DNA of 43,972 nucleotides, counting the filler, from Jimgerdemannia flammicorona (lineage: Eukaryota), in NCBI GenBank assembly GCA_003990765.1. It is 2 parts of 2 records of this genome, joined end to end, with 100 filler letters (N's around TTAATTAATTAA, not from the genome) between each part and the next. Parts side by side here need not be neighbours in the genome. Positions count along the whole stretch, not along the records: positions 1 to 21,941 come from RBNJ01001362.1; 1 more part is not named here. One strand, 5' to 3'. The stretch's first letter is position 1, and each line of letters starts with the position of its first letter. Shown here one piece after another: positions 1 to 12,275 of this stretch. Below the pieces are notes generated by a model. That model made no database searches. It was not told the origin of the DNA and was given only the letters and a program-made list of their open reading frames with translations. Both the position numbers and the translations under genes were made by a program.

Positions 1-3000
1 TCCCCCCTCCCTCCCCCCCCCCAGCCCTCAGCCCTAACCTGGCCAATATACATTTCCAGAACTCCCCCAGAACCTCACACTCGCCAAGCCAATGTTCAGG
101 CGTTTGTACCACCCCTCCCTCCTGACCAACATTGAAACAATCCTCGCACTCAAAAACCCCACCGTCCACCAAGTGATCAGACCGATAGTTCAGCATCACG
201 TTCCGCCGAAGGATCTGGCACCACGCCAACCAGAACTTGGGGGGCAGCCACTGCCTCACCCTTCTGCTCCAAAGCCAGAGCCCATTCCAATCCCACTCCT
301 CCCTGATTCCAACCCTCTGCCAGGCTTCAGGCCACAGGTCTCCACCCAGGCCTCGCAGGCACTCCAGACCCTCGCCAAGCTGAAAGTCCTCCACCGGAAC
401 ACCACCCAAAAGAAGCCTGTCCCATCTCCACATCTGTGGTCCCCAAACCTCCTCGGCCTCATCTCCTCACCACCGAAGGCTGATTTTCCTAGCTCCATCT
501 ACCGCACCCCACCAAAAGCCTGTAAACCGCATCCTCTGGCTCCCATCAATGGCCACCATTGCAAGCAGGTCGCCGGAGCCACTACGTGGGGAGTTACGAA
601 CCTCCCACAACCTCTGCATAAGTGGCACCCACTCCCGACCTCTAAGCTCACTCGCCCTCCTTAGCCACCAGGCCCTCAGACACAAAAGCTGCTTAGTAAA
701 GTCCACTAAGCCCAGTCCACCTCTTTCCAAGGGCAGTGTGAGCACCTCCCAACCAACCTGTCTCCGCCGCCCTCCCGAAATCCACGACCTCGCCATCTTC
801 AACAACCCCTTAACCACCCACAGTGGGAAATCCAAATGATATCCAACATACCACAGCTTTGGCATCCAGTACACATTCAACACCATCACCCTTCTGGCAA
901 GGGACATATGCCGACCTCCCCACTGAATCAAAACATTGCCCCACTCCAGCAGTTTATGGTCCCACCATGTCCGGGGAAGAAGAGATCCGAATGCCGAGAA
1001 GTAGATCCCCAAGTAGCACACTGGTTCACCAGCCGGAACCACCATCCCAATAACATCACCTCCTACAATTCCAGCACCCAGCACCAGTGTCTCGCATTTG
1101 TGCCAGTTCGGTTTAGCACCAGAGCCCCGCTCATACCATTCCACTGTCCTCTGTAACTCTCCAACATCCCCCAAGGAACCCAGTCCGACCACCATGTCAT
1201 CAGCAAAGGCCCCCACCTTCCAGTTCACCCCTAAAATGTCCAAGCCGCCAATCTTACGCCGAATCCTATCCAGTAGTGGCTCCAGGGAAAGGGCATACAA
1301 TATGGGTGACAAGGGGTCCCCTTGTGGCACCCCACGGCCCAGGGGGAAAGTCACTCCCCAGTGGCCATTGATGACCAATGCTGCCTGACTGTCCTCCAAG
1401 AGGCTGACCAATGACCCTCGGAACCCCGGGGGGATACCAATCCGCTTCAGCACTCCCTCCAGCCATATTCTCTGCACTCTATCATAAGCCTTCTCCTGGT
1501 CCAGAAACACCAATCTGCCATCCACCCCTGTAGCCCGGGTACCTTCAATCACTCCATGAACCCAGGCCGTCCCATCTCGAATCAACCGACCTCTGACAAA
1601 CCCACGTTGCTCCACCCCAAGCACCTGTTGTGCAATCCCTTGCAGCCGCAACACCATGATCTTCGTCACCAGTTTGCGGTCCATGTCCAGAAGCATGATT
1701 GGTCACCAGTTCTTCCAATCCTCCCTCCTACCCTTGTTCTTATAAAGCAAGGAGACCAGTCCCAAGTGCTGTCCCCCAATCCAGGCACCAGACCATAGAA
1801 CTTCATCACACATAGCCCTCATTTCCTCTAGTACCTCACGCACCCCTGTCATCTTCTGCCAAAAATCCCAGAGGAGTCCATCCTCTCCCAGGGCTGTCCC
1901 TTTACTCATAGACGCCACCACCTTGCAAATCTCCTCGCCACTCACTGGGTCCCCCAATGCCCCAAGTCCCACTGCAGAGTCTGGGTGCCAATCCCCCAGC
2001 TGCCTGTCAATGTCCAGAGCATCCAGTCCCCCTTCATCCTCACTCCAAAGGTTCCCCCACTGGGATCGCAATAGTTCCAAAATCGCCGGGGTCCCCATCA
2101 CCAGCTTGCCATCATCGTCCAAAACTCCCTCCCACCACTGCCTCGTTCGTCGAGCTTGTAACAACTGTGACAAGAACCTGGTAGGCCTCTCCCCTTCCTC
2201 AAGCCCCTGCATTCGTAAGCAGGCCACCATCCCCTGTAGTTGTTCCTCTTCCTCCCTTCGTAGCACCCCTTTGAGCTCCTCCACCTCCTGCCAGATTCTC
2301 GCAATACGCCAATCAGCCTCGGCCCTGTCCTCCAGCACACCCGCCCATCTCTCCATGAGCGCCGCCAAACGCCGCGAGGCCCACATCACCCGTCGCCTTC
2401 GCTGAGCACTCTTTCCTTTCCCTGCTTCCCTCCAATACCTCTGAGCCTTCACCTTCAGCCTCCTCCAGCGGTCCCCAATTGCCAGTCCTCGATCCCACCA
2501 CCTGCCGATATCTCCAACCACCTCTGTCTCCCAACCCTCCCACAACGTCCTATCCTCCAACAAGGAAGAGTTTAGCCGCCAATGTCCGGGCCCATCCTCG
2601 TTTCCCCCAAACCTCCCCCCTCCAAGCAACCCCCAGTGATCAGACCATGGACACCATACTACTCCCAGCACCGTCCAGACATCCACTCCCCAACACTCTG
2701 CTGTAAGAACCCAGTCAATCCTAGAGCCCAGTCCTGCTGCCCAATGGGTATACACCTGCTGATCTGCCCAAAAATGTCTCCCTGAGTCCATTAAAGAGCA
2801 CAATCTTTCCGTCTCCAACCAGTCCGCCAACCCACCACTCTCACCCTGCATGCCTCTCCCTCCATCAGTTCTGTCCAACTCCTTATCTCGTACCATGTTG
2901 AAGTCCCCCCCCATACAGTCAAACCCAATTTCTCCCAATAATCCATCCTCTTTCAAGCTGCGAATCCAATCCACCCTCTCCCCTCTCTCAGCCAGGCAGT

Positions 3001-3316
3001 AGCAAGACCCAACCATCAGCAAGCCCCATCCAGGCCTTTTCCATACTCCCCACACCACACGCGACCCCCAATGTCCAATGTCCCCAATGTCCCCCATCAC
3101 TTTCCGAACAAGAATACCCACTTTCCCCCTCCAAACTGCCGCACCCCCCCATTCCTTAGTCCAATCCTGTAAATCCACATCTGCCTCATACCAAACATCC
3201 TGTAACAAGAAGAGGTCTGCATCTAGATCCCAAAGCCAACCAAAAATGTACTTCCTCCTAGCCGCCCCCCGAAGCCCATTAACGTTCAATGAGAATATCC
3301 TAGTAGTACTGTTCAT
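1..3316 (-). pseudogene. LINE ORF2 (APE endonuclease + reverse transcriptase + zf-RVT) with two in-frame TGA stops
   Basis: APE motifs SLNVNGL, GDFN, SRIDW, SDH; RT motifs QRGFVRGR, LDQEKAYDRV, GVPQGDPLSP, FADD, YLG. Reading through the TGA at 1703-1705 gives NW*PIMLL (consensus NWRPIxLL). Reading through the TGA at 467-469 continues in frame to CEDC...QTPEHWLGEC and on to the window edge. Confidence 0.93.
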
Positions 3317-3347
3317 ATTGAGTAGATGTTGTAGAGGAGACCCTAAC

Positions 3348-5264
3348 CTATAATTCCATGCTCATCTCATCCCTCGCTAAGTCCAAGAGCCGCTCAGCTT
3401 CCATTTCACCCTCCGCAATATCCCGAGCATCCAGTGCCCCCAAGATTTCCTGACACTCCACCCTGTCCACCTCCTCCATATCCGCCCTGTAATCCAAGCA
3501 GACCACGCGCCACTTCTCCAGTCCCTTCCTCGAGTTCCACAAGACAAGTGCCCTATCGCTTGCAATCCTTCTAAGCTCCTCCTCTCGCTGATCATCAATC
3601 TGATACACAACAGACTTCAGGAGGACAGCCAGGATCTCATTCCTCATCTTCCTCGGCACCTCTTCCCTATGTAGAATCTCTTCCCAATGCCTCTCCTCCA
3701 TCACCCTGAAGTCCTCCCCCCCCAGCTCCTCAGCCGCCACCCCTTCCAGAGTCTTCCACATCCACTTCTCCTCATCTACCGCCTCCGCCACCCCCTGAGC
3801 AATTTGTCCCCCATCTACCTCAGGGTCCACCAGCGCGCTCCTCCTCACTGACTCATCCCACTCCACATCCGGCACATCCATCAGCTCCTCCTCGCCTCCT
3901 GCCCCATTCGGAATACTATACTGAAGGCGTCCACCTTTGCCCATTTCAGCATCCACCTCCAAGTTATCTTCCCTCCCCTCCCCGACTCCAATCTGAGCCC
4001 CGCCCTGGGCCATCTCACCTCCTTCAGCCCAGGCACTCTCCTGCAACCCTGCGGCCCCCTCCCCAGAGCTTCCACCAGTCCTACCCCCGCCCATCTTTGC
4101 CAACAGCTCTTTCTGGATCCTCCTCCCCTGCATCTTCTCCCAGGCTCCCTTCTCCATCCGAACCCTCTTCCCATCCACCTCCCCCACCACCGTCCTGGCC
4201 TCAAACTCCTTCCAGGCCAATCTCCTCCTCACAACTGCCCCTTCCAGATCCTCCAGAGCCTCCAACAAGTCCTCCTCCTCCTCCTGAGTCCCCTTCACCC
4301 TGGTGATCTTACACTCCACCGGTCCCCATCTCAATGCCGCTGGCCAGTCCCTTGACTTCCCCGTATTCTCCTTTCCAGCCAGTCTCACTCTGACATCAAC
4401 ATCTCCAGTCCTAAGCTCCATGCCCTCTCAGACCTTGAACCCAACATCCACAATCTTGCCATACTCCTTGATCGCCTCTACAACCAACTCCCTGGTCCTT
4501 TCCTTTGACACCATGGGAAGGTCCAACACCGTCAACTGCACCACCCGGGGGTCCCAGTGCATACACCGGGCCATAGGGACCATGACCCCGCCAACCATCA
4601 CCCCCTTTTCCATGGCTGCCAACAAGGCGTCTTCCTCCTCAAACCCCACCTCGACCCCTTCCTTTCCTCTCAAGAACTTCACCGATGCTGCTCCCTTAGC
4701 CTCCTGCGCCACTAGCCCCAAAATCATCCTCGCCATCACTGCCAAGCCCTGGAAGCACATCGTGACCATGAATTCGGACCTCGACTTCTTGAGTAATGGG
4801 GCCGACACCATGCCCATCACCCCATCTGCCAGGTCCCCAGGTCTCGTACCCCCTCCAAGCCCCAAATTACCAACTACCGTCACATCTGGATTTTTTGCCA
4901 GATCCCCAGTCACAGCCCCATCAACCGTCACATCTCCAGCCCCTACTCCGGCCCCTTCCCTACCACCAGAAGTACCCTGGGGTGCACCTCCCTGACCCCT
5001 AGCAGTAGCCATTGATGCCTTCCCCAGGCCCAGCCAACCATCCAGCCCAGAAGCCATCTTCCCCATCTTGACCTTGTCAGCAAAGGTCGTCCTCTCCCCT
5101 CCTCGCTGCTGCAGACCACCCCTCCCTCTGCCACTGGGGCCACAGCCAGCCATCGAGTCCCCTGGCATTCCCAAACCATCTCCCCTCCACCCCACCTGCT
5201 GCCAGCCAAAGACGCCATCACCCCCCTGGCCAGTACACTCACCAGATCGATCGTTGCCATCCAT
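3348..5264 (-). pseudogene. LINE ORF1 (gag-like, RRM-like core) split by one in-frame TGA at 4428-4430
   Basis: ORFs 4428-5264 and 3348-4421 are in the same frame (FKV*EGMELR). It lies directly upstream of ORF2 and contains the RRM-like segment LTVLDLP...IKEYGKIVDV. Confidence 0.8.
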
Positions 5265-5270
5265 GTTATT

Positions 5271-5628
5271 AGTCGTCGGGCACCAAAAATGTTGTAAAAG
5301 ATGTTGTCTGAGTCTTGTGTCACCCGAATGTTACTGGTAAAAGGCAGGACAATATCTTATTAATGATAGCAAAAGGAAGAAGGTGTTGCACCAAAACAGA
5401 TATACTCTAGACACAGCTAAAGGCACTAGAAACTATGAAAAAGTAGAGAAGACACTGATCTGATACCAAGAAAGAGGCAACTCATTACCATTGCCTCCCT
5501 CTCACTGCTCTGTAACAGGTACAGCAAACTAACCCAAGGTAGAGAGGGTAATAATTGTGGAAAGTAGACTCAGAAGGTTGTCTACCAAACCATTATAACT
5601 GGTAAGGTAGTAGAGAAAAGGTCTGATA
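5271..5628 (-). other. Leader upstream of LINE ORF1 resembling an LTR end plus primer-binding site
   Basis: Minus strand reads ...TTTTACAACA-TTTT-TGGTGCCCGACGACTAATAAC-ATG. The same TGGTGCCC follows the LTR of the Gypsy element at 25651-25658. It abuts the truncated Gypsy LTR at ~5629. Confidence 0.4.
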
Positions 5629-5629
5629 A

Positions 5630-5895
5630 CTATAAGGTGACTAAGTTATAACTATATTATGAGTTATTTTTTATAAATATTAATCTTTGATATCTGTTAA
5701 AACTTTGACAATCATCAAAACTTTAATATCTGTGAATTTTTGACATTTGTGAAAAGTTTAACATTCATAAAAACTTAATATTTATGAAATAACTACTATT
5801 TATAAGACTATACTATATTGGGAATTAGGTTTAGGTATTATAATCAAATATCTAATTCTCCTGATTTTTGTTCCTAATTTGGATTAACTGTCACA
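5630..5895 (-). repeat. 3' LTR of Gypsy 1, truncated/interrupted at ~5629
   Basis: Ungapped 266-bp match to 12499-12764; starts TGTGACAG on the minus strand; preceded by the purine tract AGGAGGAAG (5898-5906 region). Confidence 0.93.
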
Positions 5896-6356
5896 ACTTC
5901 CTCCTGAATAGATGATTTGTCCTTAAAATATCCTATTCACTCAAACTCCTAAGCTTCTATGATTTATATCTCCTTGTACTATACAATTTGTATCATTACA
6001 TTCTCCTAATAGTATCTCTTGATACATATATCCAAAGTCTCCTGGAACTACTCCTTGAAAATGGACTAGAGCTGCCTTATCATCTTTGAATAGCTTATTA
6101 ACTTATTTGATAATTGTGATCTGAGAGTGAGAGAGCTAGTACTCTCTGATCTAGTCTTCTTTTCCCATCTCAGGCTACAAATTCAGTAGCTATCCTAACT
6201 TGAAGTATTCTTAAAGCTCTGTCCAATTCTGGTATGCCTTGCAGTGTAAAATTTGTAACAGATATATTTATAATATACTTTGGATGTTGTTAAAGGATTC
6301 TTTCATTGTGGGTGACTTGGTAGTACACTATTGTCTTTCTATGGCTTGCTGTACAG

Positions 6357-6955
6357 TAGTGCTCCGAATGAGTCAATCTGGATGGGATTCGGATGGGATT
6401 CGAATCTCATTCCAATCAACTCAGATGGGATTCAAATCCCATCCAGATGGATTCAAATCAACCATTGTTTTGATTTCCAAATTAGACAATTAAATATTTA
6501 CATCAATAACTCGATGAATAATCATCCAAATTTGATGATCTTGGTGTTATTTGAAAGCCCTTAATAAGGCCTTTCTAATGATACCAAGGACATTAAATTT
6601 GGATAATGCGTTGCCAAGATATTAAGGAAAATGTTCTATTGACGAAATTTCCAAAATTGGCAATTCAGATGTCTTCCTTCATAACTCAGCAATACATGAT
6701 CCAATTTCAATGTTCTTGATATCATTAGATAAGCCTTATTAAGGGCTTTCAAATGACACAAATATCATCAAATTTGGATAATTATCCATCAAGTTATTGA
6801 TGTAAACATTTAATTGTCTAATTTGGAAATCAAAACAATCATTGATTCAAATCCATCTGGATGGGATTCAAATCCCATCTGAGTTGATCTGAATGGGATT
6901 CAATCCAAATCAATCCGAATCCAATCCAGATTAAATTGACTCATTAGGAGTACTA
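6357..6955. mobile_element. Non-autonomous hAT-type foldback MITE inserted in Gypsy 1
   Basis: TIRs TAGTGCTCCGAATGAGTCAAT and ATTGACTCATTAGGAGTACTA; perfect 8-bp TSD CTGTACAG at 6349-6356 and 6956-6963; inverted arms of ~280 bp cover nearly the whole element. Confidence 0.92.
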
Positions 6956-9699
6956 CTGTACAGTATTAGTGATTTTGAGAGCTGTAGCTATACTTTATTG
7001 ACTAGCTATGATATTTCTTAAGTCAGTTTCAGTAGATGGTAGTGGGAATGATTATGCTTGAGAGTTTTCATAGCCAAAAGGTGGTCTCTTTTATATCTTT
7101 TATAAGATAAGGTCCTTCCCACTTAGGCTTCAGTTTTCATGACCATGAAGCTTCTACTATATTCCAATATTCTAAGACCTTGTCTTCTATCTTGATAATC
7201 TCTAGAGACTTGTGAATCTTTTCTGCATTATTCCACTATAGTGTCTACACCTTAGTTATATAATTCTTGGCCTTTTTCCAAATTTGGTATAGTCTTTGTA
7301 TTTCTCTATCTATATGTTTCTATACAGCATCTCCATTGGATAATAGAGTTTCTTGAGAACTTTCTTCTCTGAATAGTATTTCTTGAGGAGTGAAATGGAT
7401 ACTTTGTGTTCAAATATCCCAAAGAGTGAATAATGCTATTAGTAGATAGTGATCTCGGTTTTTATAGTTATTACAGATCTTGGCAATAATATTCTTGAGA
7501 GTTTTATTAGTTCTTTCCATCTATCTATTTTCTTAAGGATAGTATGCTGTAGTCTAAATGTGCTGGATCTTGTACTTCTTATAGAGAACCTCAAAGAACT
7601 GGTTCATGAATTCTGTTTCTGTCTGTAGTTACTTGTATTGAGGTTTTGAACCAACAGATAATTTCTTTGTAAAATAAATCAGCAATTGACTGTGCATTAG
7701 CTTCTTTCAGGAGCCCTACCTCTATCCATTTCATAAAAAGATCTATGATGACAATGATGTATCAGTTGCCAGTCAAAGTCAAGGGTAGAGAGCCAATTAT
7801 ATCTATTGTAATGTGGGCAAATAGTACTAATTCTATATGTACTGATCCTGGGGCTTGATTTTGTTAATCTTATTTCTATTTCTGATATTTGTCACAGGTC
7901 TTGACAAACTGTCTGATATCTTCCTCAATTCCTGGCAACCATATTGTTCTTCTTGCTTTATCATATATGTTTATTCCTCCTAGATGACTAAGTTTGTATA
8001 TTGATTTCATTACTTACTTCTTCTTGTATTCTGGTATAACTAGTAGCTTCTCTTTCTTCAATATTTCTCTATCAGTTTTGAATTGTTTCTATGTTTTGTA
8101 AATAATTATTTGTATTCATTCTTCCAGATATTAAAGCATCTTTCACTATTTCAGATATGTGATAATTCTATAGTAGAGCTCTTTATTTATTTATGATTTG
8201 CTGGTTGAGAGTCCTTCAGAGTGTCCATGAGAGGATATCTACATTGGCATTGGTTCTTTATGAGCAGTGCACAATGGTTACATTATATACTTGCAACTTC
8301 ATAATCTATTTGGTATAGATTTCTTTGGATTGTCCAGTAGTCAGTAGCCAAGTAAGGGCTAAGTGATCTATCTAAATAGTGAAGTATCTCTCAGCAAGAT
8401 AGTAGTAGAACTTCTCTATAGCTCAGATGACTACAAGACATTCTAACTTATAGAATTTATATTCTTTTTCAGCTCCTTTGATTTCTCAGCTTAGGTATGC
8501 AATGATATACTCTACTTTATCTTTTTTTTAAACTAGGACTGCTCCTAGTCCTTGAGTGCTTATATCTATTTACAGGATGAATTCTTGAGTTCAATTGGGT
8601 CTTCTGAGGATAGGTACCTGGGTCAGTCTGACCTTAAGCTTATTGAATGTTTTTTGTTGCCTGCCCATCTATTGGAACTTGGTATCCTTCTTATTGAGTT
8701 TATAGATTGGACCTATAATATTGAAGAATTCTCTGATAAATCTTCCGTAGTAGGAGATGAGTTCTATGAAAGCTTGGGCTTTAGTAACTATAGTGGGCCT
8801 TGGGTATACTACTACTACTTGAATCTTGAGGGGGTCTGTATATATTCCATCTTGATTGATGACATAGCCAAGATAGATGATCTCAATTTTTATAAACTTA
8901 TACTTCTTGGGCTTGATATAAAGACTATGCTGTCTCAGCTTCTCTATTATCTGCTAGATGTACTGCAGATATTCTTCAGCTATCTTGCTGTAGATGATAA
9001 CATCATCTATATAAACCATTATCCATCTTTTTATGTCATAGTAGAAGATTTTGTTCATTATTTACTGGAAGCTTGCAGAGGTATTATACATTCCAAATAG
9101 CACTTACAGATAGATGTAGATTTTATCTAGAGTAATAAAGGCTGACTTTTCACTTACTGCTTCAGTGAGGTCAATTTGGTAGAATTTTGAGTATAAGTCC
9201 AAGATACTGTAGTACTGTACTTTATCTTCCAAGATTATAAGAATGTTACTGATAAGGAGTAATAGTTAGCAATCCTTCTTAGTAATTAAGTTGAGCTTTT
9301 TGTAATCTGTACAGAGTCTTAGGGCAAATTCTCCTGGCTTGCTTTTTTTTTTTGAGGCTAGTACAACTGGTGAAGCCCAGGGGCTACTGGTTTCTTTAAT
9401 GATACTGGCTTCTTTCATCTGCTTTATTTCTTCTCTGAGCCATTTGCAGTATGCTGATAATATTGATCTTGCTTTTTGGTAGATTGGTTCAGTGTCTCCT
9501 ATATCTATATCATAATAGTAATATGGGGTCTTCTCTTTGATATTCTTGAAATCTATAGCTAGGACATTCTCAAAATTATAGAGTATCTTCTTGAGTTCTT
9601 TCTTAAGTTAGAATTCATTTTCAATGGTATAACTATGCTTATTCATAGTTTCTTCCTTCTTGTGATCCAGTTTGGTGATCTTGGTACCAATAAATACTC

Positions 9700-10115
9700 C
9701 TCTTTCTATAGATCTAAATCCTTTCTTTTCTCTTTTCATTTCCTCTAACTTCTTGACTTTCATGATCCTTGGCTGAAGAACTGGGAGGATTAACATCTGT
9801 GCTAATCAGTCCTTTTTCTTGATTGGAAATGGAATTATAGAGTTATGGTTTTTAGCAATAAGCAGTATTTCTCCAATATAATCTGAATTGATAACTCCTC
9901 CTTTGATGGCAATTTTACTCTTAGTCAGACTGCTTCTTGTCTTGAGGATTCTGATATGGTCTTTTAGAATGGTCATCTCCAGACCAGTTGCAAGTAGGGT
10001 GGTTGTCTGGGGCTCAAGTATAGTTTCTTCTACTGTGGCAATATCTATTCTGGCTGTATTTTCTGACTTATATTCTGGTAGGACTGCATTGGAGTGGATC
10101 TTTTGAATCCTGACC
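9700..10115 (-). pseudogene. dUTPase domain in Gypsy 1 pol, between protease and RT
   Basis: Translation gives ARIDIA, TGL, TRSSL, GGVINSDYIGEI, LAQML, REKKGFRSI: degenerate versions of the five trimeric dUTPase motifs. Confidence 0.88.
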
Positions 10116-12254
10116 TTGATTTCTTCTTCATCATCACTGTCTTCCAGGAGGGCTGGTGGTTCATCATCCTCTTTTTTCTCCTCTTCTTTTATCTGCTTTT
10201 TAAGAGCCTTCTGTCTTCTTTTCTGATAGGTACCAATGCTATATTGATAGTAATTATTGATGTGCTCACTACAGTATATTTTGATTCTGTAGGGACAAAC
10301 TCCTTATAGTATATATTCTTCTACAATCTTCTTGCACCAGTTCTCTTTATTAATCCATTTGACTTTCTTCTTCTTTTTCTGAGTAGTTACCATATAGGCT
10401 TCTTCTTACTTGCTTTTTTTTTCCTCCATCTCAGATAGGACTCCTTTGTTGACATTGATGAGAATTCATATCTTCTGTCCATAGTAGGTGATCTGCATCT
10501 TCTGAGCATCTAGATCAATTACTATCTTGGTCTTGTGAAGCCATTGATTGCCAATAAGGATATCATAGTTGGTTATATTGGTTACAATTATATCTACTAG
10601 AATAGTTGCTCCTCCAAACTTGATGGAAACATCTCAGATCTTTCCCAGAGGTATAGCTCATACTATCTATTATTATGAATACTAATTTAGTTACTTCTTC
10701 AACTTCCCAACCTAGGCAATCTGCTGCTTTCTTGCTGAGGAGGTATTCTCCTACTTCTGTATCAATAATGGCTTTAAAGATTCTATCTTCAATCTGACAG
10801 ATTATATAGGTAGAGGTCTTGTAGTTATCTTTGCTCTCTTCTTCTTCTTGAACATTGTTGGCCTTGGTTATCTTCCAACCTTGCTCCTTGGTTATCTCAG
10901 CAGGTCCATATCACATTTGCTGTCTAAATGTGAGTATTTCTACCAGCTGGCCAAAGATTGCATTGACCTTTTATTGACTTAAGTTCTTGAAAATATCAAA
11001 CTTAAAGGTCTTGGTTTTGCAAAGCTTCTTCTTCTTTTCTCCTTTACTAGCTAGAGTAGTTTCTTAGATAATATCTTGAACAGCCTATTCTAGCTCCATA
11101 TCTTAATCCATTTCTTCATCTTAACTTTCTATAGTAGTTTCTATCTGCTTTCTCACCAAGGTTTTCTTGGATCTTCCTGGTGGTCTCTTGTAGAGTTCTT
11201 TGTAGATATCCTTCTTAGTGGTCTGTACAGAATAGGCCTCCCACTCCTCTTTATCAGACTCTTCAATTTCTTTAAAGGTAATGATGTTGGCCTGTTTCTT
11301 ATTTTGAGTAGTATTACTTAGCTGTGCCTTGTATTTTATTTCACTCATATATTCATATAAGTAGTGGTCCTCTTCTCTATAAGTATAGCAGGTATCTCTC
11401 TTTTTGTCTGAGATGATAGTAAACTTCTGAATAGGATGACAGTCTCTTCCTCTGATTTCCTTTATTATATCTTCTAGATAGGCAGTTATTTTAGCAAACT
11501 GCTTAGTGAGTTTCTTCATAGGATCACCATTTCTCTATTATTTAGTAGCTTTTAGTTGAGATGTATTTCAATTGATCACTGTGATAGAGATTATACTGGT
11601 TGTCTTGAGTGCTTCAATTCTAACTCTAGTAACTCTTTCTATTATATAGTCTTGTAGGTGCCTAGCTATCTAGTATTGCTGAGTATAGGTGACCTTCTAT
11701 ATCAGATTCAGAATTATTGGTGATGAGCAGATGATCAGAACTATCTCTGGGTAGATTTCTTTTATAAAGATTACTTCAGCTACTTGATCTCTAATGATAG
11801 TAGCATAATCTGTAAGGATTATCTAATATTAGATTCTAGTGTAGAATATATTTAGATCCTCACTTATTCTTTGGCATATTATATTGAGCTAATCTTTCAA
11901 TATCTGCTTGATCTCATCTATATAGTATATGGCTCAGAGCCAGGTCTTCTGTATTACTAGCATAGCATTGTTATCATTTTTTACATAGGTTGTAGCTATG
12001 AATGCTGCTCTTGCTGGTCCTTAGAGACTGAAGGGTATGAGAGTTATATACTTGCTACCTTACTGTTAGGTCCCTTACAGTGGTATATTGCTCAAAATCA
12101 TCAATAAAGATATGATTGACTCATTTGAAGTATAACTGTGAAATACTAGTAATCTCATATCCATCTTGTCTGAATATCTTGATTCAATTTATATAGTTAT
12201 TCAGGTGGTAGTTATTCATTATTCAGCTTGAAAGTAAGGGATTCATCTTAAATC

Positions 12255-12272
12255 ACCAATCAATAGACACCA
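12255..12272 (-). promoter_or_regulatory. Primer-binding site of Gypsy 1
   Basis: TGGTGTCTATTGATTGG lies 3 nt after the LTR end TGTTACA; homologous to TGGTGCCCATTGACTGG in Gypsy 2. The gag ATG is at 12246. Confidence 0.75.
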
Positions 12273-12275
12273 AGT

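Larger units (their letters stand above)
1..5270 (-). mobile_element. Non-LTR retrotransposon (LINE, L1/Tx1-like), near full length, 3' end outside the window
   Basis: ORF1 (5264-3348) is followed after a 31-bp spacer by ORF2 with an APE endonuclease, reverse transcriptase and C-terminal zinc-binding domain. Many CpGs are retained, so the copy is young. Confidence 0.95.

Noticed and set aside
92..5340. Many plus-strand Pro/Ser-rich ORFs
   Set aside because: They are antisense shadows of the G-rich LINE coding strand.
6353..6960. Reading the MITE as Tc1/mariner (TA-CAGT...ACTG-TA)
   Set aside because: The 8-bp duplication and the TIR match to the hAT at 38980, which lacks the CAG prefix, favour hAT.
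8552..9100. 182-aa plus-strand ORF
   Set aside because: It is antisense to the Gypsy 1 RT region and has no independent support.
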